Positions 53,747 through 61,763 of a DNA stretch of 61,763 bases are shown piece after piece (within the stretch, counting starts at the first letter, position 1; each line of letters starts with the position of its first letter). The position numbers were made by a program, and so were the translations under genes. The notes below the pieces were generated by a model, which had not been told where the DNA came from, made no database searches, and saw nothing but the letters and a program-made list of their open reading frames with translations. Source of the stretch: an uncultured Clostridia bacterium (GTDB taxonomy: Bacteria > Bacillota > Clostridia > Christensenellales > UBA1242); contig CANQEP010000002.1 in assembly GCA_947595235.1 (NCBI GenBank), forward strand, positions 1-61,763, in the 5' to 3' direction.

Positions 53747-55175
53747 ATGACAAACAATCTTAATAACATTTTTAGTCTTTCAAATGAAATTGTAAGCGAG
53801 ATGAAAAGACGCAAAAGTTGTCCGCTTTACACCTACAACAAGGGCAAGAAAAAACACAAAAAGCAACTTCTTTTTCACAAGAGCAAAAAACGTAACCGCT
53901 GGGTGTTTGGTGGCAATCGTAGTGGCAAAACCGAGTGCGGAGCGGTTGAAACCATTTGGCTTGCAAGGGGCATTCATCCTTACAGAAAAAACAAAAAAGA
54001 CGTCTTTGGCTGGGTGGTCAGTCTGTCAACCAAGGTGCAAAAAGAGGTTGCTCAAGAGAAGATACTAAAATACCTTGACCCCTCATTTATTGAAGAAATA
54101 ATAATGAACACGGGGAGCAAAAGCAGTCCACAATATGGCGTTATTGACACTATTGTTATAAAGAACGTTTTTGGCGGACTCTCACGAATATCTTTCAAAT
54201 CTTGCGAAGAGGGGCGTGAGAAATTCCAAGGGACATCGCTTGACTTTGTTTGGTTCGACGAGGAGCCCCCAGAGGACATATACAGCGAGTGCGTTATGCG
54301 TGTTCTTGACAAGCGTGGCGACATCTTTGGCACAATGACCCCACTTAAAGGGCAAACATACATCTATGACAGAATCTACCTTAACAAAAATAACGACCCC
54401 GAAGTTTTTTGCTTGTTCATGGAGTGGTCAGACAACCCGTATCTTAACAAGCACGAACTCAGGCGTCTTGCAAGCACCATGAGTGAGGAAGAACTAGTTT
54501 CAAGGCGTTATGGCAGATTTTTGATGAACAACAAGAGCATGGTCTATAAGGAGTTTGACCCAGAGGTTCATGTTATTGAGCCCTTCGACATATCTCACGA
54601 GTTCTATGACATGATATCCATTGACCCCGGGCTAAACAATCCTCTTAGCGCGCACTTCTACGCTTGCGACTACGACGGCAATATCTTTGTTATTGCAGAA
54701 CATTTCGAGGCGGGGCAAAATGTTGAGTATCACGCAAAGAAGATAAAGGAAATTGCAAAGTCACTTGGTTGGATGCCAAGAAAAGACGGACGGCGCAGCA
54801 AACCAAAAAACGCTCTCAAGCAGCAAGAGCGTCACCGAACTGTTTTTTGAAAACGGCATTGCAGTCAATCCAAATGTCAACAAGGACCTTTTCAGTGGCA
54901 TAAGCAGAGTGAAGACCTACCTTAAGAATGGGCTGGGGCAGGCGAAACTTTTCATCTTCTCATCTTGCGTCAACCTCATTCGAGAAATGAAGTCATATTA
55001 TTGGGGGAATGGCGACCGACCCGTCAAAGAAGACGACCACTCGCTGGACGAACTAAGGTACTACATCATGTCAAAGCCCGAACCAGCCAAGCAAAAGCAA
55101 GAGAAGTCCGCCATCCAAAAGGACAAGGAAAGACTTTATAGACGCCTAAAAAATTATGGCAGTCGCAAGATGTGA
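53747..55175 (+). pseudogene. terL: Terminase large subunit, interrupted by a +1 frame change near 54781
   Basis: ORF 53747-54850 carries Walker A GGNRSGKTE, Walker B LDFVWFDEE and the nuclease start SIDPGLNNP. ORF 54753-55175, in the +1 frame, continues with TDGAANQKTLSSSKSVTELFFENGIAVNPNVNKDLFSGISRVK. Deleting one A of the A4 run at 54781-54784 gives one 475-aa frame. Confidence 0.8.
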
Positions 55176-55215
55176 GGGCAATATATATAAGATATAATTT
55201 GTTCGAAGGCAGAGT

Positions 55216-55581
55216 ATGGAAAATATTGATAACGAACTTCTTGGCAAAATAAAGAACATTCTCATAAAAAAGGCGGAGGGCTATAACTACAAAGAAGAAA
55301 CAGAGGAATATGTTGCAAAGGTCGAGCAAGAAAACGAGCAACTCAACTTTCTTAACGAAAACAACCCAACTTGCCTCAGCCCACCCAAAAAGTCCAAACA
55401 AAGCATGACGCTCAGCAAAAAGAAAGTGTCCTCTCACCATATTCCGCCCGACCTTTCAGCAGTCAAGATGCTACTTGACTACTTCGTTTCAAGCAAGACA
55501 GATATAAATTTGGAGTCGCTCAGCGACAGCGAACTAAAAGCAATGCGAGACGATTTGATAAAGAAATTAAGTGAGTTATAG
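55216..55581 (+). CDS. Hypothetical phage protein (weak resemblance to small-terminase-like proteins)
   Basis: 121 aa. The motif KKKVSSHHIPPDLSAVKMLLDYF recalls the ...hvPPd..A..fwL... segment of some small terminases. Its position next to terL fits. This is a low-confidence functional call. Confidence 0.4.
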   Translation: MENIDNELLGKIKNILIKKAEGYNYKEETEEYVAKVEQENEQLNFLNENNPTCLSPPKKSKQSMTLSKKKVSSHHIPPDLSAVKMLLDYFVSSKTDINLESLSDSELKAMRDDLIKKLSEL

Positions 55582-55591
55582 GAGGAAAAAA

Positions 55592-55798
55592 ATGAACATT
55601 CAATCATGTCCACAAAACATAAGGTGCGACTGCATCAATTGTAACAAACTTGCAAAGTACAGCATTGACACATCAAGTTATAAAGGCAACATCAACCTTT
55701 GTGAAGAGTGCTTCACAAACCTTTATAACGCCATGATGAAGATGAAAAAAGAAATAACAAAATTAAATGAGGTACACAATGAAAAACGCAAAAAGTAA
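55592..55798 (+). CDS. Small Cys-rich (zinc-ribbon-like) phage protein
   Basis: ATG at 55592 after a GGAGGAAAAAA RBS. 68 aa. Cys pairs are CPQNIRCDCINC and CEEC. Confidence 0.5.
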   Translation: MNIQSCPQNIRCDCINCNKLAKYSIDTSSYKGNINLCEECFTNLYNAMMKMKKEITKLNEVHNEKRKK

Positions 55799-57710
55799 CA
55801 CAAAGACCATGAAAAACAGCGTCAAAACGCCAAAAACAGAGAAATATTTTTATAATGAGGATGACGACAGAGCCATAGTAAAATCTGTTCTTAGCGACTT
55901 TGAAAAAAGGCGAGAAGAGAGAAAAAACTATGAACTTGCTTGGCAACTCAACATGAATTTTATGCTTGGCAATCAATACTCATATATCGACCCGCGAGGG
56001 GAAATCGAAGAGACCGACAAGTCTCATTATTGGGAGGAGCGCGAAGTGTATAACCACATCGCTCCAATAATTGAGAGCCGACTTGCAAAACTTGGGAAGG
56101 TTCGCCCAACGGTGTCAGTAAGGCCAACGGGAAATGAGCAGAGCGACCTCTATTGCGCAAAACTCTCAAAAGCAATCTTGTCAAATGTGAGTGACCAGTC
56201 GCAACTCTCTGACATCATAACAAGTGCAACAATTTGGAGCGAAGTCACTGGAACGGCGTTCTATAAAGTTGTTTGGGACGACAACTTGGGCGACGGCGTT
56301 GCTCTGCAAGATGGCAAGGTCATTCGAAATGGAGATGTTTCAATAAGTGTTTGCCCTCCATTTGAGATTTATCCCGACAGCAATGGTCACGCCCGCATTG
56401 ACGAGTGCGAAAGCATAATCCATGCGCGCGCCTATCCATCAAAACAAGTCGAAGAAACATATGGCGTTCAACTTGAGGGCAAGGACATCGACACTATCAC
56501 CCTTGACAACTTCTATAGCCGTGGAGCGGTGACTGGACTTAGCAACATTCCAAAACTCACACACTCACTTCTTCACGACCATGTGCTTGTTTTGGAAAAG
56601 TACACAAAGCCAACAAAAAATAATCCCGACGGGCGCCTCACAATAGTCGCTGGCGACAAGTTGATTTTTGACGGAGAAATGCCATTCACTCTTGGAAGTG
56701 GCAAGTCAAAAACTTATCCATTCATAAAGCAAGTTTCAACTTCACAAATAGGCTCTTTCTGGGGAGTGAGCGTGATTGAGCGATGCATCCCAATTCAAAG
56801 GGCATACAACGCGATAAAGAACAAAAAGCACGAGTTCATGGCTCGTCTCTCGGCGGGAGTGCTTGCCGTTGAGGATGGTTCTGTTGACATTGACAACATC
56901 GAAGAGGAGGGGCTCGCTCCCGGCAAAATTCTTGTTTACAGAAACGGGAGCACTCCGCCAAGGTTCATTGACCCCGGCTCAATCCCATACGAATTCAACA
57001 ACGAAGAGGACAGGCTTTTAAGCGAGTTTATCACCGTTAGTGGAGTCAGCGAGTTCATGCGAGACAGCACTGTTCCATCAGCCGTTTCAAGCGGAACAGC
57101 GCTCAGCCTTCTTATTGAGCAAGACGAAACAAGGCTCTCGGTCACTGCCGAATATATCCGCAGTTGCGTTAAAACACTCGCGCAATTTATCATAAGGCTC
57201 TACAAACAATTCGCAACGACTGAACGCCTCATCAAGTCCACCGACGACAATGGGCAAATTGAACTTTTTTATTGGACAAACAAAGACCTAACCAGCGACG
57301 ACGTTGTGCTTGACACAATCAACGAACTGACCGAAACACCCGCCCAAAGAAAGACAATGCTACTTGACCTTTATAAAAATGGACTACTAAATGACGAGAA
57401 CGGAAGGCTGTCAAACAGAAACCGCGCAAAACTCATTGAGGCGCTTGGCCTTGGACTTTGGGAAAACTCAACAGATATATCAAATCTTCATATCAAGCGC
57501 GCAACAAAAGAAAACCTAAATCTTATACCAATGGAAGCACTTGAAATTGACGACCACCAGATTCACATCGATGAGCACACAAAGTTCTTGCTCTCTGACG
57601 AGGGCGAAAAACTCTCAAGCGAAGGCAAAAAGAAACTTAGCGAGCACATCTTGGTTCACAAATCACTTTTGTATGCCATGAGCATGGTGGGAAAAAATGA
57701 GGGAGAATAA
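55779..57710 (+). CDS. Phage portal protein
   Basis: About 643 aa, downstream of terL. The likely start is the ATG at 55779 after TGAGG. The size, position and acidic/helical C-terminus are typical of portals. Confidence 0.75.
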   Translation: MKNAKSNTKTMKNSVKTPKTEKYFYNEDDDRAIVKSVLSDFEKRREERKNYELAWQLNMNFMLGNQYSYIDPRGEIEETDKSHYWEEREVYNHIAPIIESRLAKLGKVRPTVSVRPTGNEQSDLYCAKLSKAILSNVSDQSQLSDIITSATIWSEVTGTAFYKVVWDDNLGDGVALQDGKVIRNGDVSISVCPPFEIYPDSNGHARIDECESIIHARAYPSKQVEETYGVQLEGKDIDTITLDNFYSRGAVTGLSNIPKLTHSLLHDHVLVLEKYTKPTKNNPDGRLTIVAGDKLIFDGEMPFTLGSGKSKTYPFIKQVSTSQIGSFWGVSVIERCIPIQRAYNAIKNKKHEFMARLSAGVLAVEDGSVDIDNIEEEGLAPGKILVYRNGSTPPRFIDPGSIPYEFNNEEDRLLSEFITVSGVSEFMRDSTVPSAVSSGTALSLLIEQDETRLSVTAEYIRSCVKTLAQFIIRLYKQFATTERLIKSTDDNGQIELFYWTNKDLTSDDVVLDTINELTETPAQRKTMLLDLYKNGLLNDENGRLSNRNRAKLIEALGLGLWENSTDISNLHIKRATKENLNLIPMEALEIDDHQIHIDEHTKFLLSDEGEKLSSEGKKKLSEHILVHKSLLYAMSMVGKNEGE

Positions 57711-57712
57711 AT

Positions 57713-58411
57713 ATGGAAGAAAATAACATGATGGAACAACCCGCAGACCTTAATTCCAATGTTGGTGAACAAATCACAAAAAGTGAAGAGGGAAGTGACG
57801 GCGCGGGCTCCATACTTGGAAAGTTTAAGGATACAACAAGTTTGTTAGATGCCTATAATAGTTTGCAAAAAGAGTTCACACGCAAGAGCCAAAAGTTGGC
57901 TGAATTGACAAAACTATTCGAAGAAAAAACGCAAAATTCACAAAAAGAAGATGAAAAAACGGCTCAAAATGAGCAAAATGGCACAAATCCACCTCAAAGT
58001 GAAGAGCAAAGGCCCCTGTTCTTCACATCGCAGTGGAGAAGTCGCGTTGCAAAGTTTTTTGAAGAAAATCCCGAGGCAAAACCTCACTCAAAAGAAATTT
58101 CAAATATCTTAATTTCTGACCCAAAACTTGCATCGCTAAATAACTGCCTTGATTATGCGTTCTCTCTTGTTAAGGCAAAAAACACCAAACCTGTAGACAT
58201 AGACAATCCAAGCACACTCAGCCTTCTTGCAGAAAACGAGAAGATAAAAAATGCTGTTATTGAAAAATATCTTCAATCGCTGAGCGCAAGCAGGTCAAAT
58301 CTAAGGTTCATTTCGGGCGAGCCAACAACGCTAGCAGTGACTCCAACCCCAAAAAAACCAAAGACAATAAAAGACGCATCAAACATACTAAAAAAACTAC
58401 TACAATCTTAA
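57713..58411 (+). CDS. Phage scaffolding protein
   Basis: 232 aa, helical and charged. GKFKDTTSLLDAYNSLQKEFTRKSQKLAEL is typical of scaffold proteins. It lies between the portal and capsid genes. Confidence 0.65.
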   Translation: MEENNMMEQPADLNSNVGEQITKSEEGSDGAGSILGKFKDTTSLLDAYNSLQKEFTRKSQKLAELTKLFEEKTQNSQKEDEKTAQNEQNGTNPPQSEEQRPLFFTSQWRSRVAKFFEENPEAKPHSKEISNILISDPKLASLNNCLDYAFSLVKAKNTKPVDIDNPSTLSLLAENEKIKNAVIEKYLQSLSASRSNLRFISGEPTTLAVTPTPKKPKTIKDASNILKKLLQS

Positions 58412-58420
58412 GGAGATAAA

Positions 58421-59611
58421 ATGGTTACACTACAAACAGCAGACAAGGCACTCAAAGAGGTCTATCTTGGAGTTGTCAGCGACCAACTCAACACTTCAAT
58501 CAACCCTTTGCTTGCCAGAATAAATCAAACCACCTCTGACGTTTGGGGAAAAGAAATAAGAAAACTTGCCCCATACGGCATCAATGGTGGAATTGGTGCA
58601 GGAGACGAAGATGGCTCACTTCCAACCGCGGCTGGAAACAACTATGCACAATTCGTTCTTGACCTCAAAAACTTATACGGAAAAATTGAAATTTCCGACA
58701 AGGCAATTCGCGCTTCGCAAAGTTCTGCAGGCGCATTCGTGAACCTTCTTAACGCTGAAATGGAGGGGCTCATCAAGGCGTCAAGTTTCAACTTTGGAAG
58801 AATGCTATATGGCAACGGCAGTGGCGTGCTTGCCGAAATTCAAGACAACACAACAAACACCATCACTCTTGACAGCGTGAACAATGTTGTTGAAGGCATG
58901 GTAATTGATGTTGTAAACAGCACCGGCGTTGCACAAGCAACTGCAACCGCAATCCGCATAACGGCAGTTAACCGCCAAACAAAGGTCATCACTGTTGATG
59001 CAACAATGAGCGGTAGCGCCTTCAAAAAATCTGACTCTGCATTCTCAATTTGCATTCAAGGTTCATACGGAAAAGAACTTACCGGTCTTGGAGCAATCTT
59101 TTCAAAGACTGGCAGCCTTTATGGTTTGAGCCGTGACACATACAGTTGGCTTAACCCATTCACAAAGGACCTCACAGACTCTGACCCACAAGACATCTCA
59201 GAAGTTGCAATGCAGACTGCAATCGACGAACTTGACGAACTCTACGCTAGCCAAGTTGACTTTATCGTTTGCTCGGCTGGGGTAAAGCGCGATTATCAAA
59301 AGTATCTTGCAAGTTACAGAGCAAATGTGGACATCATGGACCTTGCTGGTGGTTACAAGGCAATCTCATACAACGGCGTTCCAGTTGTTTCAGACAGATT
59401 TGTTAAGCCAAACACAATGTACCTTCTTAACACCAAAGAGTTCAATCTTCATCAACTCTGCGATTGGCAATGGCTTGAGGGCGAGGATGGAAGAGTTATC
59501 AAGCAAACTCAAAACAAACCAACTTATACCGCAACCCTTGTTAAATATGCAGATATAATTTGCGACCAACCATGCGGGCAAGCAATGATAACTGGAATTA
59601 AAGAACTCTAA
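58421..59611 (+). CDS. Major capsid protein (HK97-fold type)
   Basis: 396 aa, directly after the scaffold gene, with an AAGGAG RBS. Its composition and length are typical of an MCP. Confidence 0.7.
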   Translation: MVTLQTADKALKEVYLGVVSDQLNTSINPLLARINQTTSDVWGKEIRKLAPYGINGGIGAGDEDGSLPTAAGNNYAQFVLDLKNLYGKIEISDKAIRASQSSAGAFVNLLNAEMEGLIKASSFNFGRMLYGNGSGVLAEIQDNTTNTITLDSVNNVVEGMVIDVVNSTGVAQATATAIRITAVNRQTKVITVDATMSGSAFKKSDSAFSICIQGSYGKELTGLGAIFSKTGSLYGLSRDTYSWLNPFTKDLTDSDPQDISEVAMQTAIDELDELYASQVDFIVCSAGVKRDYQKYLASYRANVDIMDLAGGYKAISYNGVPVVSDRFVKPNTMYLLNTKEFNLHQLCDWQWLEGEDGRVIKQTQNKPTYTATLVKYADIICDQPCGQAMITGIKEL

Positions 59612-59646
59612 TTGCAGTTTTGACACTAAAATTAAAGGTTTAAACA

Positions 59647-60048
59647 ATGAAAAATGCGAATTTATTTTATATGACGAATTTTGATGATGTCTATTTTATA
59701 TCATCATATGTTATGGCCTTTAACAGTGATTTTAGGCTTCTTTATGACACTTTGAACCAAAGATATGTCGTTTTTAACTTGAAAGATGGAAGTATTGTCT
59801 TGTCATCCACTGAGTATCCCGACTACAGTTTTATTGACAGACTTTACATGACAAGGCGAGAGAACTTTTATAAACTCTTTGACGATATCGAGCGAGAAAA
59901 CGAAAAATTAGAGGAAGAGAAGTTGAATAATGCAAGCCTAAAATCAAAGTGTCAACTTTGTGAAGTTCTTAACTTTGCATCTAGCAATCCAACAAAAGAA
60001 CTAAATCAAAACCAAATAAGAAAAATAATAGGTGAGAATAATGACTAA
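59647..60048 (+). CDS. Hypothetical phage protein
   Basis: 133-aa ORF in the head module. No family was recognised. Confidence 0.5.
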   Translation: MKNANLFYMTNFDDVYFISSYVMAFNSDFRLLYDTLNQRYVVFNLKDGSIVLSSTEYPDYSFIDRLYMTRRENFYKLFDDIERENEKLEEEKLNNASLKSKCQLCEVLNFASSNPTKELNQNQIRKIIGENND

Positions 60049-60610
60049 AGAAATTATAACTCTAACTGCAACAATGCTTGGACTTGATGATGTTGTTAAC
60101 TATTTGGCAAGTGAAGGGCAAGAAGACAACGCTGAAGCCGAGGCTGTTATAAATGAACTTCTTGTCTATCTTAACCACACTGCCCGCGAGGTCACAAAAG
60201 AGTACTTCACTCTTTCAAAGTGCGACGAGGTGAAATCTAGCACAAGTTGCGAAATTGAATATAGTTCGCTGAGCGAGACCCCAGTGAAGATAAACAATGT
60301 CACAAATTCGCTCAATTTGAAAGTAAACTTCCTTGTTAATCCAACTTGCCTTGTTGTTTCAAGGCCGAACGAGACATACAAGGTCTTTTATAACTACACT
60401 CCCGCGCCCGTAAAGAGCATTGATGACGACATAAACTTGCCACTTGGCCTTGACTATTTTGTTTTGTGCTATGGAGTGGCAAGCGAGTATGCGCTCTCAA
60501 AATTGCTCTATGACGAGGCGAATATGTGGCAAAGCAAGTTTGTTTCGTCACTAGAGAGGTTGACTTCGCGATGCAAAGAAAGAAGATTTTTTGCGAGGAA
60601 ACTCAAATGA
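60041..60610 (+). CDS. Hypothetical phage head-completion/connector-position protein
   Basis: ATG at 60041 after AGGTGAG, overlapping the previous stop. 189 aa. The function is inferred from position only. Confidence 0.45.
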   Translation: MTKEIITLTATMLGLDDVVNYLASEGQEDNAEAEAVINELLVYLNHTAREVTKEYFTLSKCDEVKSSTSCEIEYSSLSETPVKINNVTNSLNLKVNFLVNPTCLVVSRPNETYKVFYNYTPAPVKSIDDDINLPLGLDYFVLCYGVASEYALSKLLYDEANMWQSKFVSSLERLTSRCKERRFFARKLK

Positions 60611-61763
60611 AGATTTCTTATCCAAGCACCAGCCAACTAACTTTAAGCATAAACGACTTCAACCTTGGCATGAACACCTCAAAAGATGAGGGGCTAACAA
60701 ACATGAACTATGCCACCAGCGTGGAGAATTTTTCTTTCAAGGATGGCGCACTAAAAAACGGCATTGGATTCAGCGACCTTATAAGCGAACTTTCGGGAGC
60801 CTCTTCAAGCCTTAAGCAAGACATTGATGCAATCGGAAGTATTGTTAGGGTCTTTCACTTCTACAAATTCAATAGTGAGTCGGGCAAGCGAGAGGACAAG
60901 TTGATATTCGTCAATCACTTGTTCATGCTCTACTACATCAACCTCTACGACAAAGAAAAACAACTTTTGCCACTGAGAAACATCTTTTTCACATCAATTC
61001 CCGTCGCGGTGAGGTATAGGCTAAATGGCGAGGACGTCATAATTCTTTCCAGCGAAACAGACAACATGGTTGTTTGGAACGGGGAGAGCGAGCCCTATAC
61101 CGTGCTTGATGCACCAAAGATTTCTTCAATGGCAATTCACTATGAAAGGCTGTTTGCAACAGTTGACGGCGAGAAAAATGCAGTTTGGTTTTCGGACGAC
61201 CTTGACCCGACAAATTGGAGCGTTAGCCTTGAAGAGGCAGGCTTCATTGAACTTATTGACGAGCGTGGCGCACTGCTGAAAGTTGTCAGTTTCCTTGACT
61301 ATGTCTATATTTTCCGCGAATATGGAATTTCTAGGCTGACCGCCTATGGCGACCAAACCACTTTTGCTGTGAGCAACTTGTTTGTTTCCAGTGGAAAAAT
61401 TGACGCATCGTCAGTCTGCGTGTGCGGTGACAGAATAATATTTCTTGCCGAGGATGGGCTCTACTGTTTTGACGGGGTCAACACAAACAAGATACTTTCG
61501 TCAGTTGAAAGAAACTTGACTTCTCTTGGGAACGACAAGACTTCTTCTTGCTATTATAATGGCTACTACTTTCTTGCTTGCAAGTTTAATTTCTCATCTC
61601 ATGAAGACGAGTGCCTTGACTTGTTTTATAACAATGCCATACTCTGCATTGACATAAGCACCATGAAACTTTGTTCAATAACCCATGGAGTTGATATTGT
61701 TTGCCTTGCCACAATCGAACCGCTTGGGGGAGTTATTGCCATTGCGAGCGAGAATGCAAAAAA
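60607..61763 (+). CDS. Hypothetical phage structural protein, 3' end outside the window (absent from the supplied ORF track)
   Basis: The ATG at 60607 overlaps the previous TGA (ATGA). I translated the frame by hand and found it open for 385 codons to the window edge (MKISYPSTSQLTLSINDFNLGMNT...IAIASENAK). Confidence 0.6.
   Translation, partial: MKISYPSTSQLTLSINDFNLGMNTSKDEGLTNMNYATSVENFSFKDGALKNGIGFSDLISELSGASSSLKQDIDAIGSIVRVFHFYKFNSESGKREDKLIFVNHLFMLYYINLYDKEKQLLPLRNIFFTSIPVAVRYRLNGEDVIILSSETDNMVVWNGESEPYTVLDAPKISSMAIHYERLFATVDGEKNAVWFSDDLDPTNWSVSLEEAGFIELIDERGALLKVVSFLDYVYIFREYGISRLTAYGDQTTFAVSNLFVSSGKIDASSVCVCGDRIIFLAEDGLYCFDGVNTNKILSSVERNLTSLGNDKTSSCYYNGYYFLACKFNFSSHEDECLDLFYNNAILCIDISTMKLCSITHGVDIVCLATIEPLGGVIAIASENAK

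Larger units (their letters stand above)
53747..61763 (+). mobile_element. Phage/prophage head-morphogenesis module (truncated by the window end)
   Basis: A collinear run of TerL, small ORFs, portal, scaffold, HK97-like major capsid protein and three further tightly packed or overlapping ORFs. No integrase, tail or lysis genes lie inside the window. Confidence 0.8.

Overview
Chromosomal segment of a low-GC, Firmicutes/Clostridia-like bacterium (standard code, GGAGG-type RBSs, T-box leader, PdaB-like sporulation-type deacetylase). No rRNA, tRNA, CRISPR array, transposase or integrase was found. Three blocks. (1) 1-28.1 kb is housekeeping: nth (partial), obg, yhbY, ASCH, T-box-pheST, a thymidine-phosphorylase-like/DeoC-like pair, tsaE-tsaB-rimI, hydrolase, a membrane-anchored MurF-like ligase plus ddl, a WYL regulator, DUF1538 plus two P-II-like genes, murG, a ParE/ParC-like topoisomerase pair, an acidic anchored protein, a PdaB-like deacetylase and a tandem-OB SSB-like protein. 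(2) 28.1-53.6 kb is a minus-strand surface locus. It is dominated by one uninterrupted 20,085-nt ORF (6,694 aa) with a lipoprotein-type signal, more than 10 degenerate Listeria-Bacteroides/InlB-B-type repeat modules, a non-repeat C-terminal domain and C-terminal TM helices. This ORF appears translationally coupled to a 630-aa signal/SH3b-like/TM protein and an M16 (HxxEH) peptidase. A paralogous SH3b-like/TM protein and an ArpU/sigma-region-4-like HTH gene flank it. This is the best candidate for an undescribed system. (3) 53.7-61.8 kb is a phage head-morphogenesis module: frameshifted TerL, portal, scaffold, HK97-like MCP and a further ORF running off the window. Other points worth a second look: a dispersed ~60-nt A-rich element with two AAAAAACGCA boxes about 30 nt apart, found in intergenic DNA and in all three coding frames; active-site degeneration in both deo-like genes; and the MurF-like N-terminal membrane domain.
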